A stretch of 64,000 nt of DNA from Macrostomum lignano (lineage: Eukaryota), in contig NIVC01000432.1 of NCBI GenBank assembly GCA_002269645.1, positions 248,001 to 312,000 of the forward strand. Reading direction: 5' to 3'. The position numbers and the translations under genes were made by a program. Each line of letters opens with the position of its first letter. Position 1 is the stretch's first letter. Positions 49,601 through 61,884 of the stretch are shown here, piece after piece. The notes under the pieces are model-generated. The model saw only the letters and a program-made list of their open reading frames with translations, made no database searches and was not told the DNA's origin.

Positions 49601-52600
49601 CTGGTTGAACAGCTGGCCATCAGGCAGACGGCGAAGCGAAGCCGAGCCGACGTCGAATTTGTACAGCTCGGCGCTCAGCCGCTCAGTGGGCCGGTGCCGC
49701 CAGGCCAGGCAGATCTCCGGCTCGCTGGCCCGGATGTACGGTGACTTCGGCTCCGGCCTGGCGTTCATAGCCTTCAGCCTGGCTGCGGCGGCTTCGTCCG
49801 GGCAGGCCAGGCTGCCGATCAGGTGCATCGGCGGCAGCGGGTCCTCCGAGCCGTCGGCGCCGACCTCCGACTCCAGCAGGTAGTCGCACACCGGCTCGAA
49901 TTGGCCTTTTTTGTCGGAGCGGCGCCTGGCGCGGATCGCCAGGCCGAACCGGCCGGCGCCGGGCGCCACCACATGGACGAGGTCGAAGCCGTCCTGGTGC
50001 CACACCAGCGGCTCGTAGTCAGCCAGCGGCTCCGTGTCCAGCTGGCTGCGCAGCTCGCAGCGGTACTCCAACTCGTCCTGCTTAGCCCGCAGCTGGATCG
50101 TCTGCTCGCCGTCCTGCAGCCGGATCTCCGCATCCGGGTGACTCACCGCCTCCACGCCGATCTTCTCCGCTCGGGCACCAAGGCCCCACTCGTCCGCTTG
50201 GTTCTCCGGCATTGGCTCGACGAAGTCGCTGGCCCGACGGCAGTGCAGCACGTAGTGCACCAGGTCCATCATCTGGCCGGCCGCCGCCGAGCCGCCCGCC
50301 GCCGGACTACCATCGCTGTGGCCCTGCGGAGTGGGAGAATCAACGGTTGAATCTGCCTGGAACCCCTGTCCGAAACTACTCCGAACTCTTGTCCGAAACT
50401 AATCTGAACTCCTGTCCGAAACTACTCCGAACTCTTGTCCGAAACTAATCTGAACTCCTGTCCGAAACTACTCCGAACTCTTGTCCGAAACTACCTAGAA
50501 TCCCTGTCCGAAACTACTCCGAACTCTTGTCCGAAACTACCTAGAATCCCTGTCCGAAACTACTCCGAACTAATGTCCGAAACTAATCTGAACTCCTGTC
50601 CGAAACTACTCCAAACTCCTGTCCGAAACTACTCCGAACTCCTGTCCGAAACTACTCCGACCTCCAAACTACCCGGAATATCTGTCCGAAACTACCCTGA
50701 ACATCTGTCCGAAACTACCCGGAGCCATCGTCTGAACCTACCTAGAGCCCCTGTCCGAAACTACCTGGAATCCCTGTCCGAAACTACTTTGAACTCCTGT
50801 CCGAAACTACTCTGAACTCTTGTCCAAAGCTATTTCGGATCCCTGTCCGAAGCTACTCGGAATCACTGTGCGAAACTACCCAGCATCCCTGTCCGAACTG
50901 CCCGGAATCCCTGTCTGAAACTACTCGGAATCACTGTCCGAAACTACCGACTTTTGAAACAACCCGGAATCTCTGTCCGAAACTGCCCGGAATCACTGTC
51001 CTGAACTGCCCGGAATCGCTGTCCGAAACTACCCGGTATCATTGTCCGAAACTACCATAAGCCACTCACCTGCAGCACCAACAGGTACTTGCCCGGCTTT
51101 GGCGGGTAAACCTCAATTTGCAGTTGATTTCCGGCCCGCTTCACCGCCAGAAATCTGGCTAGCTTGATCTGCTTCTGCCGGAAGTTGATGGTGTCGCTGG
51201 AGTGGATGTACAGCAGCGCCATGTACTCGTGAATCTCGCCGGACTCCTCCAGTTCGATGCTCAACCGTCCGGAGTGCGGCACCAGCGCTACGGACTTCTT
51301 GTGGCTGAGCAGCCTCAGGCCGAATGCCTCAACCAGGTCGGGGAAAAGGTAGGGCAGCTGCTCGAACTGATCCTTGGTCAGCGGCTCCGGCAGCAGCTGC
51401 CACTCCGGCCTCTCCGGGAAGTGCTTGAAGATCATCTTCCACGGGTCGGTGAGGAAGTAGGTCTCGTTGCACGAGTACACCACGGTGCCCTGAGTCCTAG
51501 TCGACGTCTGCACTCCGCCGTCTTCCTGGATCCTGTTCCACTCGCCGCTGTTCTCCCCGGACACGTGGCAGCAGCCCCAGTGCGCGTCGACGAATCGCCA
51601 TTCGCCGTCGATTAGCACGGCGAACCAGAGGCCCCGGTCGCGGTTCGGCTCAATGCGCTGCCCGACTCGGTAGGAGGTGCCCTTCTTGTATCCGCGAACC
51701 AGCTCGTAGTCCACGTCTGCGTACCTGCGGGAGCCGGGTTCGGGGGAGTTCGTGGGTTGGGATTCTGGGATTTACGGGTTGGGATTCTGAGATTCGCGGG
51801 TTGGGATTCTGGGATTTGCGGGTTGGGATTCCGGGACTCACGGGTTGGGATTCCGGGACTCACGGGTTGGGATTCTGAGATTTGCGGTTTGGGATTCTGG
51901 GATTTGCGGTTTGGGGTTCTGGGATTTGCGGGTTGGGATTCTGGGATTTGCGGGTTGGGATTCTGGGATTATCAGGTTGGGATTCTGGGATTATCGGGTT
52001 GAGATTCTGAGATTATCGAGTTGGGATTCTGAGATTTACAAGTTAGGATTCTAGGGTTTGCGGTTTGGGATTCTGGCATTTTCGGGTTGAGATTCTAAGA
52101 TTTGTTGTTCGGGATTCTGGGATTTACGGGTTGGGATTCTGGGATTTACAGGTTGGGGTTCGGGGATTTACGGGTTAGGATTCTGAGATGAGTGGTTTGG
52201 GATTTTGGGATTTAATTTTGGGATTCATCGACACATGTAGCTGTTTTTCGATTCTATTACGTTACTCTGTCCAGAACTTATTTTCAGACATCCATGCCTG
52301 CTAGTAACTCTAAAGGTCTGCGTTAAGCCATGTGCTACTGAAACTGTTCGATGAAGCTCAGTTAATTAACGATCCTCCAAGCCAGGCAGGCATCATCAAC
52401 TTAGATTACTTTTTTTCAAAGTCGGACGAGGCTTCAAACTCAGACGATGAAACGAGAAAGAGAGCAGGAGAGGCTGGGAGTTCGTCATTGAGCCCCTTCT
52501 CCCACTTCAAACTGGACTCCGGATGGCAACCCCCCCCCCCAGTTAATAATCGACCCGAGACGGGCGGCCACCTGCCTGCCTAGTTTTTTCTTTCTCTTCT

Positions 52601-54633
52601 TACTTCTCTTTTTCTTCTTCAGTTATGCATTCTTAGAAAGCGACGAGGCGTTGTCAATGGTAACGATGGGCGATTCAGTGAGACGGGATGGAAGGAGGAG
52701 AGAGTTGCCAAAATTTTTTCTTCCCCAGCCCCATCGCCAGCTTCCGGGATCTGAGAACGGGGAAGCTGGAGGATCGGAGAAGTCAGGTTGCAAAAATGAG
52801 AGAGAGGGAAAGTTGAGGGTAAATATCCTGAGCTTGGGGAGATCCTGAGCTGTCTCCACGGACTCCAACAAAGCGATTAATTGGCTTTCCATTTTGACAT
52901 TAAACTGGCACCGGCAGAGAGCTCTCATAGAGATAGATGACAGCCTATCATCCTATGGCTTTGCCTGATAGACAGACAGTGCTGCAGTTGGTTTGCTTTG
53001 GTGTGGCACCAGTGCATTTTGTGTGCTCTCGAGTATCCGGTTTCTATAGCATTGACAGACACTAACCGATAAGCACACAGGACAGACACACACCGATAAG
53101 CACACAGGACAGACACACACCGATAAGCACACAGGACAGACACAAACCGATAAGCAAACAGGACAGACACACACCGATAAGCACACAGGACAGACACACA
53201 CCGATAAGCACACAGGACAGACACAAACCGATAAGCAAACAGGATAGGGACAGACACAAACCGATAACCACACAGGACAGACACAAACCGATAACCACAC
53301 AGGACAGACACACACCGATAAGCACACAGGACAGACACACACCGATAAGCACACAGGACAGACACACACCGATAAGCACACAGGAAAGACACACACCGAT
53401 AAGCACACAGGACAGACACACACCCATACGAGCGTAAGCACACAGGACAGACACACACCGATAAGCACACAGAACAGACACACACCGATAAGCACACAGG
53501 ACAGACACACACCGATAAGCACACAGGACAGACACACACCCATACGAGCGTAAGCACACAGGACAGACACACACCGATAAGCACACAGGACAGACACACA
53601 CCCATACGAGCGTAAGCACACAGGACAGACACACACCGATAAGCACACAGGACAGACACACACCCATACGAGCGTAAGCACACAGGACAGACACACACCG
53701 ATAAGCACACAGGACAGACACACACCCATACGAGCGTAAGCACACAGGACAGACACACACCGATAAGCACACAGGAAAGACACACACCGATAAGCACACA
53801 GGACAGACACACACCGATAAGCACACAGGACAGACACACACCGATAAGCACACAGAACAGACACACACCGATAAGCACACAGGACAGACACACACCGATA
53901 AGCACACAGGACAGACACACACCGATAAGCACACAGGACAGACACACACCGATAAGCACACAGGACAGACACACACCGATAAGCACACAGGACAGACACA
54001 CACCGATAAGCACACAGGACAGACACACACCGATAAGCACACAGGACAGACACACACCGATAAGCAAACAGGACAGACACACACCGATAAGCACACAGGA
54101 CAGACACACACCGATAAGCACACAGGACAGAGACGGACGACTCACGCGATGATTCGCTGGAAGAGCGCTGAGAAAAGTTTCTCCTGCCGACAGCGCGCCA
54201 GAATGTCCAGCGGCGAGTCCTTCTTCCTGCCCTCGGCATCCCGCCCGGCCCTGGCCGGGTCCGCCTGTCCGACCCATTCGAAAGCGGCGCGCACCTTCTC
54301 CAGGTCTGTCTGGCACTTGCAGGTGTCCATCAGTGTGCGAGTGAACGACTCCCAGGTGTCGTCCTCCGTCGGCAGTACCTGTCTGGCCAGCGGGCCGATA
54401 TGTGCCAGGTCCTCCGGCCGGTACAGGTCCGCCCGGCAACGGTTGCTAGGATAGGGCAGCGGCCGCGTGCCCGGCTCGAGCGGTGATTTCAGCGGCTTGC
54501 GGCCGCGGGTCATCTGCACGCGACGGAGCTCGTCAAGGGTGAAGCCGACGCTGGGGTCGCCTAAGCTTTCGGGGTTGATCTCTTCGCCGGCCTGGCCGCT
54601 CCTGTTGGTGTCCTGCTCTGTCGATTCGGCCAT
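46678..54633 (-). CDS. KY/hillarin-like transglutaminase-fold protein with a C-terminal dynein-MTBD-like domain, 1232 aa
   Basis: Exons 54633-54146, 51724-51070, 50323-48619, 48516-48349, 48232-47928, 47403-47230 and 46881-46678 total 3699 nt in frame with GT-AG sites. Family motifs: [64 protein letters not shown]...[15 protein letters not shown], followed by repeated beta-rich P..G.Y.L...Y modules. Confidence 0.9.
47445..47850. repeat. Intronic minisatellite, about 70-bp unit
   Basis: CCGATTTT recurs at 47450, 47520, 47583, 47653, 47723 and 47793. Confidence 0.9.
50365..51050. repeat. Intronic minisatellite, about 22-bp unit CTGTCCGAAACTACTCCGAACT
   Basis: Degenerate tandem copies filling intron 50324-51069. 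Confidence 0.9.
51755..52220. repeat. Intronic minisatellite, 22-bp unit GCGGGTTGGGATTCTGGGATTT
   Basis: About 21 copies. Confidence 0.9.
53060..54130. repeat. Intronic minisatellite, 27-bp unit CCGATAAGCACACAGGACAGACACACA
   Basis: About 38 copies, with a longer CCCATACGAGCGTAAG variant. Begins about 15 nt from the minus-strand donor at 54145. Confidence 0.96.
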
Positions 54634-55147
54634 TTCGAACTCTGATTGGAGCTAGTTGCTATAGAAGTTCTTTAATCGGTGGCTAGTCGGCTAGCATAGA
54701 TTAAAGCTCTGCTCAGAAGTTTTGATTGTAGTTTTTTTCTCTGTCGGACAGGAAGCGTTCGAGCTGTAGTTTTGACAGACACAGCAATTATAAATATATA
54801 TATATATATGCTCAAGGACAACCCGCAGCGATGCGCGCCAATTCAGTCCGTTTTCATTTTTTCTGAGCAAATGCGCGTCACGACTGGCTGCAGCTGCTAG
54901 CAGACAATGGCTGTTTTCAAATAAAATGACTGAAATTTCCCTGGCTGTGTTATAGAATAGTAGAAAACGCACGGCAGCCAATAAAGAGACAGAGGCGGGG
55001 GACGCCTTTTTGAGCACACCCGGGCACACCGGGCCTTTCCACCTCGGTCATATTTAGACTCTCTTCTCTTGCTCTCCGCAGTCACTCTCCTTCGGTGCGC
55101 ACAATCATCGCGTCTCTCCTCTCTGCTTTCTCGCTCGTCTCTTGAGC

Positions 55148-55160
55148 GTTGCTAAGCAAC
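55148..55160. promoter_or_regulatory. RFX X-box (GTTGCTAAGCAAC) in a divergent promoter region
   Basis: Near-palindrome matching the X-box pattern GTTGC(C/T)-N-RGYAAC. It lies about 515 bp upstream of the KY-like ATG and about 2 kb upstream of the 57167 ATG. A CCAAT box (54978-54982) and GGCGGG (54994-54999) are nearby in CpG-rich DNA. Confidence 0.6.
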
Positions 55161-56034
55161 CAGGCAGTCTCCGGCCCGACCCCCTCCCCAGTTCAAACCC
55201 CCCTCTCCTGCCAGGGTCGGGTAGAAGTTTGAAATGAGCCGAAAATTAAGAAGAAAAGAAGAAGGAAAGAGAACGGAATTGAGAGGCTGGTCGCGCTCCA
55301 TCTGTTATAGCTGCTATCTGTCTGGCCAATTTATCTAAATGCGTCTCACCTTTTCTCAGGAAGTGGCCCCGGTCTTTTACCCCCCCCCCCAGGCTGAGAT
55401 TGTGCACCCTCTGTGCTGGATCATGGACAGCATAAAATCTATAGAAGTCTGGAATGGAAACCGAGCTCTGACTATGGATTAGGAATCTCCATTCTCCAGA
55501 GCTCGCGGACAGTTCAGAGATTGTGAAGATTTTTATTTTCAACCTGAAAGCTGCTACAAAGTTGCAAAAAAAGCGTTTCACTCCAGACTCCTAATCTGGT
55601 GCTGTCTGGTGAAAATGAAGCTGACCTACCCCAGGGCATATTGGATTTCATTCAAATACAGATTTTATTGGTTTCGCCACGGAGCGACACTTCTCGTTTC
55701 CTGCCCCGGGGGTTGGAAAGAAAATTAAATAAAAAATCCTTCACGTCATATTCATAATTTTTTGGTTTCACATTTCAGCATCTCATGTTGAGAATGCGAA
55801 TTTCATAATCCAAAATTATCCGTTTATAATTTAAAGACTACAAACGTATCATTTTCTGTGTATGATGAATAAATTCTACTCTCTCAGAGCTTTGAAGTGT
55901 GCTACTGACTACTGTTGGATTGTTGCAGTAGTATAGCTCGTACATCATATTACGCAGCTGGATATTTTATTCCCAGTGCTAGTAGTTTATGAATTTGGAG
56001 TCCGCGATTTAGCTTTGTATAACAATGGGTGTGC

Positions 56035-56380
56035 TAATAATGAGGCATATCCATGTCGGGAATGCTACTGATGAGGCATATCCATGTCGGGAATGCTACT
56101 GATGAGGCATATCCATGTCGGGAATGCTACTGATGAGGCATATCCATGTCGGGAATGCTACTGATGAGGCATATCCATGTTGGGAATGCTACTGATGAGG
56201 CATATCCATGTCGGGAATGCTACTGATGAGGCATATCCAATGTCGGGAATGCTACTGATGAGGCATATCCAATGTTGGGAATGCTACTGATGAGGCATAT
56301 TCATGTTGGGAATGCTTTTGATGAGGTATATCCATGTTGGAAATGCTGTTGATGAGGCATATCCAATGTTGGGAATCCTA
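56035..56380. repeat. Minisatellite, 31-bp unit ATGAGGCATATCCATGTCGGGAATGCTACTG
   Basis: About 11 copies. Confidence 0.92.
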
Positions 56381-57166
56381 ATGATGTTGCATATTCTTGT
56401 TTGGAATGCCATTAGCTCCGAGTGTCTGCACTTAATCTCAGTCTGCCAAAAAAATCTGCCACTTTCAAAACGGCTGCCATCGTCATCAATGCGCGAGCGG
56501 CCTCTCTGTGTCTTTTTGCTAATTGAATTGGATTGTGTGAGAAGAGAATGGCTCTTTTAAACACTTCTACTCCGGCTGCACCCCCGGTAGATGCCCCTAT
56601 TATTGTATCTTACCTTTCGTTTTGGCATTTGTTTGGAGCAAAGTTTGCATAGTTTGCATCATGAGTCCTGCCCTTGCCGCGCACTTTACTGGAGGAATAT
56701 ACGCATTGCTATCTTTTATAAATCTTCAAAGGAAGCAAGATATTATAGCTGCCTTTATTTTGATATCTGATGAGCTACGCAACCTTCTTTGGCGCATGCA
56801 GGCAGGTGACCTATTGTCACATGACCTACCAACTATTCATTTTAATCTATGCTGCTCTATAGGTACAATTACTGGGCGACAGAGACGAGAGACAGGTAAG
56901 AGGTACAGAAAGCAAGCAAACTATACGGCAACTAACAGGCTGCTCAATTTGCAGCTAACAGAGCTTTCTAGTCTCTCTCTCTCTCTCTATTCGAAGCAAA
57001 TCTCTGTCATCCTACGCTTGGCTCTCAGCGCAAAGTTCCATAAATGACGCGGGGCAGAATCTCTCTTTTCAACTCGTCTCTCATTCGCCATCTTATAATA
57101 GTTTGCTTTATTTTTACAATTATAGAAGCGGACAGTTCCGGACGAAAACAAAATTGCTCAATCAAA

Positions 57167-58919
57167 ATGGCCGCCGTCGATTTCGGCCGACTTGGCCGCG
57201 ACTTGCCCGACCTTCGCGGCTACCGGGCGGCCCTGTCTCGGTCCTCGGTGGCGGTGAGCAGCGAGTTCAACCTGCCAGCAGATCGGCACCTGCTGGCTAG
57301 CGGAGGTCCGCACCGGCCGGACCAGCGCCAGCGGTTCCAGCGCCCGTTCAGCGTGGCCCAGCGCGACCTGGACGGCGACGCCGCCAACGAGTTGGGGCGG
57401 CTCAACCTGAGGCCGTTCAGCTCGGCGGGCACTCGCGAGGTCATCGCCGAGGCGCAGCGCATTGTTGACAAGTACAGGGAGCGAACCCTGGCCGGCCGGT
57501 GGCCCACAGATGCGCCCACAAGGCGCAGCCTTCAATCGGCGCGTCGGGTGGCGCCGCGGACAGCGCCCGAAGCGTTCGAAGACGATCAGTTCGACGAGGA
57601 CTTCGTTGATAGCAACGTAGCCGATGCTGGCAGCCAGCGGATGTCAAGGTGGACCCTGGCTAGGTGAAATATTCTCACCCATATTTTTTCCAAAAGATAA
57701 TTAGTTCTTAGTGCGTCTTGACAAAATTTTTATGTGATCAAATCTGCTGAGAAAAGGGTGCTGGCGGCACATCAAAAACACGGGAAATGAGTGTTGGCGG
57801 CACATCAAACACGGGGAAGTTGGGTTGGTGGCACATCAGACACACAAGAAGTGGAGTTAACGGAGTTGGCGGCACTTGAAGTGGAGTTGGCAGCACATCA
57901 AACACACAGGAAGTGGAGTTGACGGCATATCAAAAACATGGGAAATGAGTGTTGGCGGCACATCAAACACACGGGAAATGAGTGTTGGCGGCACATCAAA
58001 CACACGGGAAAGGAGTGTTGGCGGCACATCAAACACACGGGAAAGGAGTGTTGGCGGTACATCAAACACACGGGAAAGGAGTGTTGGCGGCACATCAAAC
58101 ACACGGAAATGAGTGTTGGCGGCACATCAAACACACGGGAATGGAGTGTTGGCGGCACATTAAACACACGGGAAATGAGTGTTGGCGGCACATCAAACAC
58201 ACGGGAAATGAGTGTTGGCGGCACATCAAACACGTAGAGGTTTGGTTTGCGGCATATCAAACACACAGGAAGGGGAGTTGGCGGCACATCAAAGACACGG
58301 TTAAAGTGAGTTAGCTACGGATCGTTAAGCAGGTCAATCAATTTTTAAATAACTTCTATCTTCCAGATCCCAGTCGTCCAGACTGCAGCGTCCTCAGCAG
58401 GCGCAGCAGACGCCGCCGCCGCCGCCTCCGATGCGGTCTCCAGCCGCTCTGCTCTCCACTTCGGCGGATCCCCGACGTCGCAGCTTGGCGACTCCGCTGG
58501 CGTCGCAGGCGAGCCGGTGGCACTCGAGAACCGAGGCGGAGGCGCGCGCCCAGGCGATGCGCATCCTCAGGCAGGTGGGACTGTCAGATGCCTACCGATC
58601 GCAGGCGGAGATGGAGGAGGAGGCGATCGTGTCTGTCCAGCCTCCACCGTCTAGGCAGCTTCATCCCGAGCAGCGGCATCAGAACCAGGAGGAAGCATTC
58701 GCCTCCGGTCCGAGGCCGCTGCGAACTCCGCTAGCGTCTTCCGGTTACGCCAGCTACGAAGATTTTCGAGCAAAAACTCCGGCCAAGTGGCGCCACCCGC
58801 TGCCAGACTTCGTGGGCGCCGGCTACTGCGATGAGGCGACGCGGCAGAAAGTGTGGGAATGGCTGACGGAGCCGATGACGGTGGGGCAGCACGACTACTT
58901 GATGAAGCTGTGCGACTGA
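57167..58919 (+). CDS. Hypothetical protein, 349 aa, 2 exons
   Basis: ATG in an AAAATGG context at 57167. Exon 57167-57663 (AG|GTGAAA donor) joins exon 58367-58919 (TTCCAG acceptor), total 1050 nt in frame. Both exons are GC-rich. An acceptor-like TATAG at 57125 suggests an upstream UTR exon or trans-splice site. Confidence 0.75.
57755..58290. repeat. Intronic minisatellite, 33-bp unit GTTGGCGGCACATCAAACACACGGGAAATGAGT
   Basis: About 15 copies. Confidence 0.92.
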
Positions 58920-58994
58920 GGCTTCGCGTATTAGTCATATTGTTTCTATTGAAGCTTCTTGACCAAAAACTTATTTGCAGGGTAGGGTTGAAGG

Positions 58995-59540
58995 GATGGC
59001 GGCACATCAAACGACTAAATAATCGGGTGCTGGCGGCACAACAAACGATTAGAAAATCGGGTGCTGGCGGCACATCAAACGATTAGAGAATCGAGTGCTG
59101 TCGTCACAACAAACGATTAGAGAATCGAGTGCTGTCGTCACATCAAACGATTAGAGAATCGGGTGCTGTCGTCACAACAAACGATTAGAGAATCGGGTGC
59201 TGTCATCACAACAAACGATTAGAGAATCGAGTGCTGTCGTCACATCAAACGATTAGAGAATCGGGTGCTGGCGGGCGGAAAATCAAACGATTAGAGAATC
59301 GGGTGCTGGCGGCACATCAAACGATTAGAGAATCGGGTGCTGGCGGCACATCAAACGATTAGGGAATCGGGTGCTGGCGGGCGGAAAATCAGACGATTAG
59401 AGAATCGGGTGTTGTCGTCACAACAAACGATTAGAGAATCGGTTGCTGGCGGCACATCAAACGATTAGGGAATCGGGTGCTGGCGGGCGGAAAATCAAAC
59501 GATTAGAGAATCGGGTGCTGGCGGGCGGCACAACAAACGA
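58995..59540. repeat. Minisatellite, about 33-bp unit AAACGATTAGAGAATCGGGTGCTGGCGGCACATC
   Basis: About 15 copies. Shares the GGCGGCACATCAAAC core with 57755-58290. Confidence 0.92.
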
Positions 59541-60627
59541 TTTGGTCGCCCAAAAATTTGTAGTGACCATAAAAATGTAGATAAGAGAATTTTATTGCTT
59601 AATAAGTTTGCGATAGTTACGTGTACGTATATCCTTCAGCTATCTACCGTTTATCACAAATACCACTCTGTAATCTATAGATGTGTCTCAAATATCAGAT
59701 ATTTTTTGTTGATTAAAGTACTCTTGCATCCAATATTGTACTGTATGCGCTTATTATATAAAATAAATATAATGATAAACTCACGCGTCTGCACTGTTGT
59801 TGCGGAAGCACCCATATGTCATATTTGATTAATAATGATATTAGCATGTACTGCGATTAGAGTGAAACAGCTAAAGGTTGTTTTTTGCAACCGTCTTTTA
59901 CTTGGTTGCACAAACGCACAAACAAAAACCTTTCTAATTATTCACAGGTACATGTATATTGGTATATTTATATTATATATGCTGTCCATAGCGCAACCAG
60001 CCCATTGAAACATTGTGAGCATTCACTAAGTTCACTCACTTATTTACAATTAGCCGCTAACAAAAGTCGTTGTTAACTGTGGGCGTCCACTTGACTTTCT
60101 CTTTTCCGGTACATCAAACAGCGCCCCCTCTCTCTCTTTGTTCACCTGTGGAGCCAGATTTCAAGGAATTAGCAGTCGCATCCCCCTGTCACACTGCCTC
60201 GGGCGACAGATAGCTGGCTTCTTAGAAACCGAAGGCTTACCGTCTCTCTCCAGCCGAAAAATCCCCGGCCGTTAATTTTTACCTTTGTGAATTTCCGCTT
60301 AAAGATTTTTTCTCTTTAACGTAGCGCCGCTGGTCACGCGATAGTTCAGGCTAATCACTCCGAGGGGAGAGAGAAAGTTAAGATAAGACTGGACAGGGCT
60401 GTCATCCTATACAGTAAAGTGGACAGTTGGCTGGCGGACTAACTGCTGAGCCACTGCCGGGCTGGGGTAACGTCATGGACCCCTCAAAATGTGTCGTTGG
60501 ACTGGAACGAGCCGAGAAATATTGGTCAAAATGAATGCTTGAAATTTATTGACAGAGAAAAGCACTTTTGCTTCCTTTTTTGCAAGAAGATCGTCTCAGT
60601 TTAAACATTCGAATATATTGAAGTTCT

Positions 60628-61482
60628 TATGTCATGTGCATATATGTCTCACTCGCTTATGTCATGTGCATATATGTCTTCTCACTCGCTTATGTCATGT
60701 GCGTATATGTCTCGCTCGCTTATGTCATGTGCATATATGTCTCGCTCGCTTATGTCATGTGCGTATATGTCTCGCTCGCTTATGTCATGTGCACATATGT
60801 CTCGCTCGCTTATGTCATGTGCGTATATGTCTCGCTCGCTTATGTCATGTGCATATATGTCTTCTCACTCGCTTATGTCATGTGCATATATGTCTTCTCA
60901 CTCGCTTATGTCATGTGCGTATATGTCTCGCTCGCTTATGTCATGTGCACATATGTCTCGCTCGCTTATGTCATGTGCGTATATGTCTCGCTCGCTTATT
61001 TCATGTGCGTATATGTCTCGCTCGCTTATTTCATGTGCGTATATGTCTCGCTCGCTTATGTCATGTGCATATATGTCTCGCTCGCTTATGTCATGTGCGT
61101 ATATGTCTCGCTCGCTTATGTCATGTGCGTATATGTCTCGCTCGCTTATGTCATGTGCATATATGTCTTCTCACTCGCTTATGTCATGTGCGTATATGTC
61201 TCGCTCGCTTATGTCATGTGCGTATATGTCTCGCTCGCTTATGTCATGTGCGTATATGTCTCGCTCGCTTATGTCATGTGCATATATGTCTTCTCACTCG
61301 CTTATGTCATGTGCGTATATGTCACGCTCGCTTATGTCATGTGCGTATATGTCACGCTCGCTTATGTCATGTGCGTATATGTCACGCTCGCTTATTTCAT
61401 GTGCGTATATGTCTCGCTCGCTTATGTCATGTGCGTATATGTCTCGCTCGCTTATGTCATGTGCGTATATGTCACGCTCGCT
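60628..61482. repeat. Minisatellite, 30/33-bp unit TTATGTCATGTGCGTATATGTCTCGCTCGC
   Basis: About 28 copies. Accounts for ORFs 60549-61587. Confidence 0.96.
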
Positions 61483-61884
61483 AATGCCTCGGCTCCGCTC
61501 TCCAGTCCAGGGGCTCGTGAAGGGGTCCATGAACAGCGGCAGATAGAAAAGCCGAACGGATTCAAATATATTCCAAAACCCAAGTAGCTCTTTTATGCTT
61601 CATCGCCCCCTTAGATACCCCCTACCCCCCCCCCGTGTCCATCTGCCTCTGGTTGTCTTTGCGTGCGCTGCGGCCTCTGCGCGCTTCCCCGACCGTCCCG
61701 TCTCGCCTCCAGCGCTCGGCAACGAGCACAGCGCATAGGGAAGCCTTGCTTGCCCGAATTTCTCAATAATAAATCCCCATGGAGATTAGCCGAGCAAAAG
61801 GGAATTAATCTGGGTCACGGAAGCGGTGCGCCTGGTCTGCTGTTGGCTTTTATTTTGGAAAGCAATGTCTCTGGATTGTGCAGA

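Noticed and set aside
48583-50448. Multiple overlapping antisense and alternate-frame ORFs over the large KY-like exon (similarly over the zinc finger and 57-59 kb exons)
   Set aside because: Expected by-product of very GC-rich coding DNA, with no independent motifs.
52925-54439. Long Cys/Val-rich ORFs in three frames
   Set aside because: They read through the 27-bp intronic array. All three frames are open and the true exon splices at 54146.
57605-57616. Second X-box-like palindrome GTTGATAGCAAC
   Set aside because: Lies inside coding sequence and deviates from consensus.
60549-61587. Three ~310-aa repetitive ORFs
   Set aside because: A 30/33-bp minisatellite open in several frames on both strands.
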